Shown one piece after another: positions 16,980 to 25,094 of a stretch of 51,018 nt of DNA. The notes under the pieces were generated by a model that saw only the letters and a program-made list of their open reading frames with translations, was not told the origin of the DNA and searched no databases. The first letter of the stretch is position 1. Each line of letters opens with the position of its first letter. Source of the stretch: Candidatus Rokuibacteriota bacterium (GTDB lineage Bacteria > Methylomirabilota > Methylomirabilia > Rokubacteriales > CSP1-6); contig JBOHPP010000038.1 in assembly GCA_050731755.1 (NCBI GenBank), positions 1 through 51,018 of the forward strand. The letters are read 5' to 3'. Both the position numbers and the translations under genes were made by a program.

Positions 16980-18310
16980 GCTACCGTCTCGTCCGCGCGT
17001 TCGCCCGGCTCCTGCTCGGCGTCTTCTATCGCCGGATCGAGGTCGTCCACGCCGCGCGTGTGCCGGCGGCCGGTCCCCTGATCCTCGCTGCGAACCACCA
17101 GAACGCGCTCGTGGACCCCATGCTGCTCATGGCCAGCCTCGACCGGCCGATGATCCCGCTGGCCAAAGCCCCGCTCTTCCGCCATCCGCTCATCGGGCCG
17201 TTTCTCCGCCTGCTCGGCGCCCTGCCGGTTCACCGGCGGCAGGATCCTGGATCGGACCCCGCCGAGAACGAGGCGATGTTCCGCGGCGCGACTCGAGCCC
17301 TGGCCGCCGGGGGCGCGATCCTGGTCTTCCCGGAGGGCGCCAGTGAACCCGAGCCGGTCCTGCGCCCGCTCCGAACCGGCACGGCACGCCTGCTCCTCGC
17401 TGCCGAGGCGGCAGGCGCGCCCGGTGTCGCGCTGGTGCCGGCGGCCGTCGTCTACCAGGAGCCGGGAGCGTTCCGAGCCGCCCGGGCGTTGGTGATGTTC
17501 GGCGAACCGATCGTCACCAGCGACGGCATCGCGCTCTACGCCACCGATCCGGTGGGCGCGGTGCGCCGCCTCACTGAGCGCCTGGCCGCGCGGCTGCGGG
17601 CGGTGATGGAAGACGCGGAAGATCGGCAGTCTCGGCGCTTTCTGGAAATGGTGACCGCGATGTGGGCCCAGGGTTCACCTGTCGCGCACGACCCGGCGGC
17701 TCGGGCGGCGTGGGTGAAGCAGGCGACGAGCGTCTACCGGCACCTGCGCGGGATGGCGCCCGAGCGTCTGGAGGCCTTGCGGCGGCGAGTCGAGCGGTAC
17801 ACCAAGGCCCTCGACTTGGCCGGGCTCGGGGAGGCTCGCGGTTCGCGGGAGGCGCGGATGGCCGCGGCCCGCTACGCCGTCCGCGAAGGGCTGGCGCTGA
17901 TTCTGGGGACGCCCCTGGCGCTGTTGGGGACCGTGCTTCACGTCGCGCCCTACCAGCTCACGCGCCTGGCCGTCCGGGCCCTCCGGCCCGAGCTGGATGA
18001 GGAAGCGACGTACAAGATGGCGGCAGCGACGGTGCTGTATCCGTCGTGCTGGGTCGGTGAGGGCTGGCTGGTGGCCACGCGGGGCGGACCGTGGTGGCTG
18101 GTGGCCTTCGTGCTCGCCCTCCTGCCTGCCGGCTTCTTTGCGCTGAGCTGGCGCGAGCGGGTCGAGCGCCTCAGGCGTGAGACGCGAGGCTTCCTGGCGT
18201 TCCTCCTCCGCCGCGATCTGGGCCAGCGCCTCGCAGCCCGGCGGCGCGTGATCCTCGACGCGATGACGGTGCTGGGGCGTTCGCTTCCGCCTGACGCGCC
18301 CGCTGGATGA
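16943..18310 (+). CDS. lysophospholipid (1-acyl-sn-glycerol-3-phosphate) acyltransferase family protein with C-terminal membrane domain
   Basis: ATG 16943 overlaps the upstream gene by 37 nt. HX4D motif NHQNALVDP, FPEGASEP motif, and hydrophobic helices near the C-terminus. Confidence 0.8.
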   Translation: MAGAPSAARRGLSYRLVRAFARLLLGVFYRRIEVVHAARVPAAGPLILAANHQNALVDPMLLMASLDRPMIPLAKAPLFRHPLIGPFLRLLGALPVHRRQDPGSDPAENEAMFRGATRALAAGGAILVFPEGASEPEPVLRPLRTGTARLLLAAEAAGAPGVALVPAAVVYQEPGAFRAARALVMFGEPIVTSDGIALYATDPVGAVRRLTERLAARLRAVMEDAEDRQSRRFLEMVTAMWAQGSPVAHDPAARAAWVKQATSVYRHLRGMAPERLEALRRRVERYTKALDLAGLGEARGSREARMAAARYAVREGLALILGTPLALLGTVLHVAPYQLTRLAVRALRPELDEEATYKMAAATVLYPSCWVGEGWLVATRGGPWWLVAFVLALLPAGFFALSWRERVERLRRETRGFLAFLLRRDLGQRLAARRRVILDAMTVLGRSLPPDAPAG

Positions 18311-18385
18311 TCGCGGGACCGGCGCCGTTGTAACAACGCCACACCCGGCATCTGCTGGCACGCAATCCGCATCCCGTTCCGGGGT

Positions 18386-19147
18386 ATGAAAACCGTGGTC
18401 GGCACTTTTACAGAACGTGCGGCGGCCGAACGCGCCATGCGGGCGATCGAGGCCGCCGGCATCCCGCGAGACAAAATCAGCCTTGTCTTTCCGGATGATC
18501 GCTCCTTGGCTGGAGTACCCACCACGGAGGCCGAGCCTCCAGGCATCGGGCGCGCCCTCGGCGGAGTCGTCGGTGGAGCGACCGGCGCCGCCACCGGTCT
18601 GCAGGCGGGTGCGCTCGTCAGCATGTTCGTGCCGGGCGTCGGTCCCGTGCTTGCACTGGGGCTGCTGGGAGCGGCCGTGCTGGGCGTGGCCGGCGTCGCC
18701 ATTGGCGAAGCCCTGGACACCACGCTCCGAGAGGGTCTGCCCAAGGACGAGCTGTACGTTTACGAGGATGCGCTCCGCCAGGGTCGCAGTCTCGTCGTGG
18801 CCCTAGCCGCTGACGAGACCGAGGCCGAGAACGTGCGTCGCGTGCTGGCCGAGGCGGGAGCCGAAAGCCTCGACGCCGCGCGCGAGCGCTGGTGGATCGG
18901 ACTGCGGGAGGCCGAGGCCGCCGCCTACACCGCCGCCGGAGGCGAGTTCGCGCGTGACGAGACAGACTACCGCTGCGGCTTCGAGGCGGCCCTGAGCCTG
19001 GGCCCGGAGGCGGGGCCTCACGGTGAGGCGCTCGGTCACCTGAGAGAGCGCTACCCCGAGACTTGCGAGCGCGAGGCCTTCCGGCGCGGCTACGAGCGAG
19101 CACGCTCCGGGGCGGAAGCCCGGGCTCGCTCGCCCCGCGCGGCTTGA
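18386..19147 (+). CDS. membrane protein with N-terminal general-stress-protein-17M-like domain and glycine-zipper segment
   Basis: 253 aa. N-terminus MKTVVGTFTERAAAERAMRAIEAAGIPRDKISLVFPD. Gly-rich hydrophobic stretch GGVVGGATGAATGLQAGALVSMFVPGVGPVLALGLLGAAVLGVAGVAIG. Confidence 0.7.
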   Translation: MKTVVGTFTERAAAERAMRAIEAAGIPRDKISLVFPDDRSLAGVPTTEAEPPGIGRALGGVVGGATGAATGLQAGALVSMFVPGVGPVLALGLLGAAVLGVAGVAIGEALDTTLREGLPKDELYVYEDALRQGRSLVVALAADETEAENVRRVLAEAGAESLDAARERWWIGLREAEAAAYTAAGGEFARDETDYRCGFEAALSLGPEAGPHGEALGHLRERYPETCEREAFRRGYERARSGAEARARSPRAA

Positions 19148-19177
19148 CACGCCACAAATCCCCTGAGGAGGAACGCC

Positions 19178-19477
19178 ATGGCACGGTGGCTGAATGATTT
19201 CGTGGATACGCTGCCCTTCGAACGGCGCCGGCCGCAGTCGACAGGTCTCGGCGCGGGGAGCCTGGGACTGCTCGCGCTAGGCCTGGGAGCCGGTCTCATG
19301 TATTTCTTCGACCCCGAGCTGGGGTACCGCCGCCGGGCGGCCTTCCGGACGGCACTCGGTGACCTCAGGCGACGGACCGGCGAGGCCCTGGACGACGCTT
19401 CGCGGGACGTAGCCCGGCGGGCCCGCGCTGTCGGCGTCGTGCGGTCGGCTACGCCTCCGGAAGCGCAATTACCCTGA
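19178..19477 (+). CDS. small membrane protein, unknown function
   Basis: 99 aa. Strong SD (GAGGAGGAACGCC-ATG). One TM helix (LGLLALGLGAGLMYFF) followed by the motif DPELGYRRRAAF. Confidence 0.6.
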   Translation: MARWLNDFVDTLPFERRRPQSTGLGAGSLGLLALGLGAGLMYFFDPELGYRRRAAFRTALGDLRRRTGEALDDASRDVARRARAVGVVRSATPPEAQLP

Positions 19478-20168
19478 ACGGCGGACGGTCCGGAAAGGCG
19501 CGCTGCAGCAGCGGGATGGCGACGTTGTAGACCGGAGCGTCGCCCCGCGTGCGCCCCTCGAGGCTGCCGTGGTGTGCATGTCCGTGCACCACGACAGTCA
19601 CGGGGTAGCGAGTCAACGGATCCTCCAGCCGGCTCGAGCCGAGGAACGGATAGATCTCCGGCGGCTCGCCCTTGACCGTGCCCTCGACGGGCGCGTAATG
19701 GAGGACCGCGACCTGGCGCGAGGTCCGCAGCTTGGCGAGGGCGGATTCCAGCCGGAGCGCTTCGTCGACCGCCGCGTGCACGAAGCTCTTGACCGCCTCC
19801 TCGCCCCACGGTTGGAGCGCCCGGGCGCCGAAGCCGCCGGCGAAGCCTTTCACGCCGGCGAACCCCACGCCCCGGATCTCCACGGCATCGCCGTCCAGCA
19901 CATGAACCCCGGCGTCGGCCAGCACCGATTTGACAACGTCCGGCCGGCCCGTCTCGTAGTCGTGATTGCCAAGGACGGCCACGATCGGAACCTTGATGCC
20001 GGTCAGCGCCCGAGCGAGCGCTCGGGCTTCGTCTTCGGTGCCGTGGTCGGTCAGGTCGCCGGCCAGGACCAGGACGTCGGCCACGTCGGGCACCGGGGCG
20101 AGGAGTTGGACCAACGTCTCCGGCGGCGTCCGCGGGCAGTGTAGGTCAGCGGTCGCTGCCAGCCGCAT
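19449..20168 (-). CDS. calcineurin-like metallophosphoesterase
   Basis: 239 aa. Motifs ADLHCP, LAGDLTDHG, LGNHDYE, VVVHGHAHHG. Confidence 0.85.
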   Translation of the reverse strand: MRLAATADLHCPRTPPETLVQLLAPVPDVADVLVLAGDLTDHGTEDEARALARALTGIKVPIVAVLGNHDYETGRPDVVKSVLADAGVHVLDGDAVEIRGVGFAGVKGFAGGFGARALQPWGEEAVKSFVHAAVDEALRLESALAKLRTSRQVAVLHYAPVEGTVKGEPPEIYPFLGSSRLEDPLTRYPVTVVVHGHAHHGSLEGRTRGDAPVYNVAIPLLQRAFPDRPPFRVIALPEA

Positions 20169-20991
20169 GGTCCTGACCGACCACGCCGGTCGCCGTGGGC
20201 GGCGGCCCCTCGATGGCCGCCGTCCACTCGGCGACTTCGTCTTCCGTCATCGAGGCCGGCCCTACGAGCCGCGCGTCGCGATAGCCCCAAGTGTCGACGT
20301 CGACGAGGTACTGGGCCCGGGAAAGCAGCGTGCCGCAGCACACGGGATCGGACGGAGCGTCCCGCCGGCTCTCCTCCCCCAGGCGCCGCGCAAGCGCCTC
20401 CATGACCCAGGACGGAATTCGGCCGCGCTCGGCCGGGTAGATGAAGCCGAAGAGCACGAGATGGCTGAAGAGGACGCGCCAGTGTCGGCCGAACCGCCGG
20501 AGCAGGCGCCGCCAGTCCAGCCGCTCGGCGTCGGCCCGAAGCAGATGGGCGACGTCGGCGCCGTCGTAGCGCTCCCGCTCCATGATGAAGCCCTTCGACC
20601 AGATCATCTCCTCGGGGGGACAAAGCTCGACGGACACCCCCAGCACCGTCGCCTCCACGGCGTGCGCGAACCACTCGTCGTCCACAGTGGCGCAGCCGTT
20701 GCCCGAGCTGAAGATGATGTCGATCACGTCGTCGCCCGAGAAGGCCTTGCCCAGCCAGTGGGCGAACGTCAGCTCCGTGCTGTAGCCGGCGGCCCCGAGC
20801 GCGCGCAGGGCCAGCGCGCTGTCCCGAGGGTGGACGAACACGTCGAGGTCCTTGGTGTCGCGGCAGACGCCGGTGTAGCGCTCGAGCGCGTAGGCGCCGC
20901 CAACCAGGAACGGCACCCCGGCTTTCTGGAGCGCCCGGAGGGCGGCCACATAGAAGCCGGTGGGGTCCTTCGCCGGTGCAGACGCGTTCAT
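20146..20991 (-). CDS. nucleotidyltransferase-fold protein (uncharacterised NTase family)
   Basis: 281 aa. Pol-beta-type signature VGGAYALERYTGVCRDTKDLDVFV (GG...DxD). Overlaps the start of the downstream phosphoesterase gene by 23 nt. Confidence 0.7.
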   Translation of the reverse strand: MNASAPAKDPTGFYVAALRALQKAGVPFLVGGAYALERYTGVCRDTKDLDVFVHPRDSALALRALGAAGYSTELTFAHWLGKAFSGDDVIDIIFSSGNGCATVDDEWFAHAVEATVLGVSVELCPPEEMIWSKGFIMERERYDGADVAHLLRADAERLDWRRLLRRFGRHWRVLFSHLVLFGFIYPAERGRIPSWVMEALARRLGEESRRDAPSDPVCCGTLLSRAQYLVDVDTWGYRDARLVGPASMTEDEVAEWTAAIEGPPPTATGVVGQDHAAGSDR

Positions 20992-21077
20992 GAACCAGAT
21001 GGGGCTGCAGGTTCTGTGCCGCTGAGGGCGTGAAACAACTCGGCGCGCGGCAGATCACTTGTGCCGCTGGCGGCAGG

Positions 21078-21419
21078 CTATCCGATTCGTCGCTCGCAGG
21101 CGACGGGGTCTGTCGCAAGGCGCGCGGCCTGCTGCTGCCGGGTTACGCGTATTCGTGGGAGCCGGCCGCGCGTGCAACGGTATACCGTGCTCTTGCTGAC
21201 TTTGAGCGGCGCCATGATCTCGGCCTGGCTGAGGCGGGCGGCCCGGTAAGTGAGGATGGCGTCGCTCAAACCAGCGTTGATGACACCGTTACGCTGGCTG
21301 CGCCAGTCCTTGATCGCGGCACGGACCCCGAAGACCCCCTCGCCCTCGAGCAGGCCGGCGAGCCAGGCGATCTCCGCTGGGCGGATCAGGGGTCGCTGCA
21401 ATCCCGCTGGTAGGAACAT
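21078..21419 (-). CDS. short ORF with one LAGLIDADG-like motif and a resolvase-type HTH (possible endonuclease remnant)
   Basis: ATG 21419, 113 aa. AEIAWLAGLLEGEGVFG is followed by LSQAEIMAPLKVSKSTVYRC. The upstream part of the 257-aa track ORF looks non-coding. Confidence 0.4.
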   Translation of the reverse strand: MFLPAGLQRPLIRPAEIAWLAGLLEGEGVFGVRAAIKDWRSQRNGVINAGLSDAILTYRAARLSQAEIMAPLKVSKSTVYRCTRGRLPRIRVTRQQQAARLATDPVACERRIG

Positions 21420-21526
21420 CGAGGGCACACGATCTTGCACTTCTGTTCCTCCATTTGCTCTCCGCACCGCTCGCAGAAGTGCAGCCACTCGATCCGGCCG
21501 CCACGGTCGATGGCGCGATCGTGCAT
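21386..21526 (-). CDS. 46-aa zinc-ribbon mini-protein (candidate)
   Basis: Not in the ORF track (<60 aa). Hand translation gives MHDRAIDRGGRIEWLHFCERCGEQMEEQKCKIVCPRCSYQRDCSDP*, with CxxC...CxxC spacing and GC3-rich codons. No good SD. Confidence 0.4.
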   Translation of the reverse strand: MHDRAIDRGGRIEWLHFCERCGEQMEEQKCKIVCPRCSYQRDCSDP

Positions 21527-21593
21527 CGACGTCAGACTCGCACCACCGGAGGTGGAAAGTCAACGAGCTGGCGATGCCGTAGACTAGAAGCCC

Positions 21594-22094
21594 ATGGCCA
21601 ACGCCCCCTGGGACGATCCCGAGCTGATCAGGCACGTGTTCGAGGCCACGCGTGTGGTGCGCCGCCCGCTGGCCGGCATCATCGCCGGCTACCACGTGCT
21701 GCCGTACATCGTGGTCGGCGGCGAGCGCGAGCACCCCGGCCGGTCGGTGGAGGTGCGGGGGCGCATCCGGGTCTCCCCCCGGCTGGTCATCGCGCCCGGA
21801 CGGGATGGGCCGACCTATGGCGAGCTGTTCGGTGAGCGAGACCTGATGCACCAGACCCTGGTGGCCCGTGTCTTCAGCTTCCGCTACGCGCCTCGCCTGG
21901 CCCTGGAAAGCGAAGAGCTCCAGATCCGGCGCCAGACCCGGGACCCCGAAGGGCAGCTCGAGCGCGTGCTGGAGGAGCTGACCCAGCGCGAGATCATCAA
22001 CACCGGCGTCATCGTCTCACCCGACGCCCGGTTTTACCCGGTCTCCATCGACCGTTTCATCCGCGAGATCCTGGACGAAGAGTTCCGCGACTGA
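21594..22094 (+). CDS. hypothetical protein (166 aa)
   Basis: ATG start, balanced composition, acidic C-terminus (IDRFIREILDEEFRD). No family recognised. Confidence 0.6.
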   Translation: MANAPWDDPELIRHVFEATRVVRRPLAGIIAGYHVLPYIVVGGEREHPGRSVEVRGRIRVSPRLVIAPGRDGPTYGELFGERDLMHQTLVARVFSFRYAPRLALESEELQIRRQTRDPEGQLERVLEELTQREIINTGVIVSPDARFYPVSIDRFIREILDEEFRD

Positions 22095-22123
22095 CTGGCT
22101 ACACCTGTATCTGGGAGGCTGAT

Positions 22124-22639
22124 CTACACCGTCAGGGCGCGGCGGACGACGGCCCGGATCTGATCCAGCGAGAACGGCTTGGAGACGAGGAAGTCCACGC
22201 CCCGGCTGTGAACCTCCTCGGCCGTGAAGCGGTCGCCCCAGCCGGTCACCAGAACGACGGGCGTCGCCGGACGGTTGGCCTTGACGTGGGCGGCGACATC
22301 CCAGCCGGTCAGCCCGCGCATCCCGAGGTCGGTCACGACCACGTCGAAGGCCTCGGCGTCGAAGCGCGCCACGGCTTCCCGCCCGTTGGCACACGTGGTG
22401 ACCAGGTACCCTTCGCGGCCGAGAGTGGTGGCGATGACGTCGCGGACGCCCGGCTCGTCGTCGATGACGAGCACCCTGGTGTCCGGGCGGGGCAGAGCCG
22501 CTGGCCGGGGCGCCGTCTCGGTACCGCCGGGCCCGGGCCCGACGAGGGTGCTGATCACACCGCCCGCTTCGCTCGTGGCGGCGGACAACATCTTGTCCCG
22601 TGCCTGTCGTCCGCCGCCGGCGCCGCGCCCGGTCGACAC
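22124..22639 (-). CDS. single-domain response regulator (CheY-like receiver)
   Basis: Receiver motifs VLVIDDEPGVRD, DVVVTDLGMRGLTG, VVLVTGWG, LVSKPF. The start is uncertain: GTG 22639 lies immediately after the upstream stop, and ATG 22591 is an alternative. Confidence 0.85.
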   Translation of the reverse strand: MSTGRGAGGGRQARDKMLSAATSEAGGVISTLVGPGPGGTETAPRPAALPRPDTRVLVIDDEPGVRDVIATTLGREGYLVTTCANGREAVARFDAEAFDVVVTDLGMRGLTGWDVAAHVKANRPATPVVLVTGWGDRFTAEEVHSRGVDFLVSKPFSLDQIRAVVRRALTV

Positions 22640-23416
22640 TCAACGTTCCTTCAAGACGGCCAGCACCTCGCCGGCCAGGCGCGCGATCTCGTTCACGCTG
22701 CGCTGAACGGTGTCGGACAGGGCTGACCGATCCGCCACCAGGCGGTCGGTCTCGGTCCCCAGCCGCGCGACCTCTCGCTGGAGATCTTCGAGCTCACGCT
22801 GCAGCCGGGCAACGTGATCGTCGGCGGCGCCGGCGCGTCGGCGCAGCTCGTCACACTCCTGGACCATGCCCGGGATGACCCGCGTCAGCATCTGCTGGCT
22901 GTCGCGGACCCACGCTTCCACGTTGCGCCAAGCCTGCGTGACGGTATCGGTGCTTTCCATAGCCGAGACCTCGTCGATCGGGGGTTGCGATGGTGGCGTG
23001 CTGCACTTCGCCTCGGACATCTTCCACGTCGGCACGATCACCACCGAATGGTGGCGGGTATCCTCCCAATAATCCACAGCGCGTCGCCGGTCCCGCTGGC
23101 GGCGATCGGGCTGATGCAACGCGCGCGCCTTTCGACGGTCCCCGCGCCGCCGGTCGAGCAGGACCTGGACCCGAGGGTCGTCGAGGAATTGCTCGCTGAC
23201 CTGGGTGAGCAGGTCGGCGGCGTGGCGGGCGACGACCACCAGGAAGCGGACCCGGGGCTCTCGCCCGCTCGGCTCGTGTTCCTGGGCGCGCTTGAGCGTT
23301 TGCAGCTTGTGCCGCCAGCACACGCCCGTCGTTTCGCGCGGATCGTCGTACGGTGGACGCTCCCCGATAAGCCCTGGCCGACCTTCGGAACGACAGGACG
23401 CGCAGATGACTCTCAC
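22640..23416 (-). CDS. Cys/His N-terminal motif + Arg-rich segment + coiled-coil protein, unknown function
   Basis: Preferred start is GTG 23416, preceded by GGAGG with a 6-nt spacer; the track uses TTG 23515. Sequence features: MRVICASCRSEGRPGLIGERPPYDDPRETTGVCWRHKL, then FLVVVARHAADLL...DRRRGDRRKA...DRRQRDRRR, then a C-terminal coiled coil. Abuts the response-regulator gene. Confidence 0.6.
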   Translation of the reverse strand: MRVICASCRSEGRPGLIGERPPYDDPRETTGVCWRHKLQTLKRAQEHEPSGREPRVRFLVVVARHAADLLTQVSEQFLDDPRVQVLLDRRRGDRRKARALHQPDRRQRDRRRAVDYWEDTRHHSVVIVPTWKMSEAKCSTPPSQPPIDEVSAMESTDTVTQAWRNVEAWVRDSQQMLTRVIPGMVQECDELRRRAGAADDHVARLQRELEDLQREVARLGTETDRLVADRSALSDTVQRSVNEIARLAGEVLAVLKER

Positions 23417-23714
23417 CGTGATCCTCCGGCTGACCCGCCTTACGGGGAGGCGGCCGAAAGGATAGGGTCTCTTCAGCGCCGCGTCAAGCGCGCGCGAACC
23501 ACCGGGGAGCTCCAACCACCACCACCACCACGAGCGCAGTACGTGGAGCGATCGAGAGGCTAACTGCCGATTTTCGTTCCGTCCGGCCGTCGGCGTGAAC
23601 CCGGCCCGGCCCTTGCTAGTTCACTGGCCGAGCAGTTTTCTCCACGGCGAGGTACTGGAGGTCTCCATCACGGCGGGGGCGGGCGGCGAGCGGACGCCAG
23701 ACGAGGGGCGCGGC

Positions 23715-23930
23715 ATGGATCGGGCTACCCAAGACCTGCTCTTGGAGCTTCAGGCGGGCCCCACCGATCTTGCGAAGCTCGTCGGCGCGGTGCTTCGACG
23801 AGACCGCCCCACGGTCGCCGTCGAGGCCGACGCTATGGCGCGGTGGAACCGGGACGCGGCGAGCCACTGGCAGCTGGTCAAGGCGTGGCTGACTGCGCGC
23901 GGTGTGCGCGTCACGGTGGTGAGCCGGTAA
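23715..23930 (+). CDS. hypothetical small protein (71 aa)
   Basis: ATG 23715 (MDRATQDLLLELQAGPTDLAKLV...). The upstream part of the track ORF is unconvincing. No family recognised. Confidence 0.3.
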   Translation: MDRATQDLLLELQAGPTDLAKLVGAVLRRDRPTVAVEADAMARWNRDAASHWQLVKAWLTARGVRVTVVSR

Positions 23931-23948
23931 GCCGGCAGGGTTCGTAGG

Positions 23949-23964
23949 GTTGGTGGAGCTGAGG
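23949..23964 (-). repeat. 16-bp copy of the tRNA-Ala 3' end (att-like direct repeat)
   Basis: GTTGGTGGAGCTGAGG at 23949-23964 is identical to 34146-34161. That site comprises the last 14 nt of tRNA-Ala including CCA, plus 2 flanking nt, in the same orientation. Confidence 0.45.
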
Positions 23965-24287
23965 ATGCCGACAGCCCTACCTCCTACCAGTCTCCAACAT
24001 CTTGGGCCGTCGGAAGAGCACGGACGCTCACCAAGCGAATCGGACGCGGTTTTGGTGAAGGACAACCCCTCTCCAGGCCTGTGGCATGCTCAGCCGACGG
24101 CTTCGCGTCCCTGTCACACGAATCTTCGGGTTCGCGGGGCAATCAGCCACGTCAGGTCCCTCTTTGACGCCGCTCTGGCCCAGAAGACTCAACGAGTGCC
24201 GAGGGTGGCTCGGCGCCCGACGCGGCTCCCGGGTCTCGTGGCGACCCTATGGGGACCGACCGTCGGGACGCAGCACGGCGGGGCCGG

Positions 24288-24767
24288 CTACTTGAGGGCG
24301 TCCACCCCCGCCTTGGCGATCTGGCCGTCCTGTTCCCCGGTCACACCCGACACGCCGACGGCTCCCACGATCCGGCCGTCGACGAGGATGGGGAGCCCGC
24401 CATCGAAGGGGGCTGCACCCTCAAGCTTCAGGATGCGGAGGCCGGCGCCGCCGCCCGCCACCACGTCCTGCCAGACCTTGCTAGGCCGCCGGTAGGCCAC
24501 GGCACTCCAGGCCTTCTGGCGGGCCACCTCGATGCTGCCGAACTGGGTGTCGTCCAGCCGCTGGAGCAGGACGATGTTGCCGCCTGAATCCAGGATGGCG
24601 ATCACCACGGGCCAATTGTTCTTCTTGGCCTCGGCCTCCGCCCCGGCCATCACCTTCTTCGCCTGCTCAAGGGTAATGGACGGCCCGTAGGCCGGCTGGG
24701 CCTCTGCCCACCCGATCACCCCGATCACCACCGCCGCGATGAAAAGACACGTCAACGACTGCTTCAT
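24288..24767 (-). CDS. GlcG/HbpS-like (DUF336) heme-binding family protein, secreted
   Basis: ATG 24767, 159 aa. Signal peptide MKQSLTCLFIAAVVIGVIGWAEA. Family pattern AILDSGGNIVLLQRLDD ... GGLPILVDGRIVGAVGVSGVTGEQDGQIAKAG. Confidence 0.85.
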   Translation of the reverse strand: MKQSLTCLFIAAVVIGVIGWAEAQPAYGPSITLEQAKKVMAGAEAEAKKNNWPVVIAILDSGGNIVLLQRLDDTQFGSIEVARQKAWSAVAYRRPSKVWQDVVAGGGAGLRILKLEGAAPFDGGLPILVDGRIVGAVGVSGVTGEQDGQIAKAGVDALK

Positions 24768-25094
24768 GGCAGGTTCCCCTTCTGGCAGGAATTCACGGTA
24801 ACGGTTTTGTAGCCCGCACGCCCCCTTGCAAGAGCCGTTGCGGAGGCGGGCTACGCGCACACAGACGCCCCCGCCGGTTTTCGTGACCGACGAGGGCATC
24901 GAACGGCTGTCCACGGACCCGAGCCAGGGGCATCGAAGCCTCCCCTGAAGGGTCGGAGGGTCAGGACGGTGGCCGGACTCTGTGCCGGCCCCCATCGTTT
25001 GTCAAGGGAGGTTCCTTGACCGCTCCTGACGCGCCGGGCTACTCTCCCGTCACCGTCCCGATCCTTCACCCGCCCGGCTGTCGGGAGGTCCCCG

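Noticed and set aside
21527-21851. N-terminal 108 codons of the 257-aa minus-strand ORF 21078-21851
   Set aside because: The composition is Pro/Arg/His/Gly-rich with no motifs, and it overlaps the plus-strand gene starting at 21594. Only the distal part (LAGLIDADG-like motif plus HTH) is plausible.
23515-23531. (ACC)5 microsatellite in the divergent intergenic region upstream of the Cys/Arg-rich protein gene
   Set aside because: At only 17 nt it is too short to claim slipped-strand phase variation without population data. It is noted but not called a feature.
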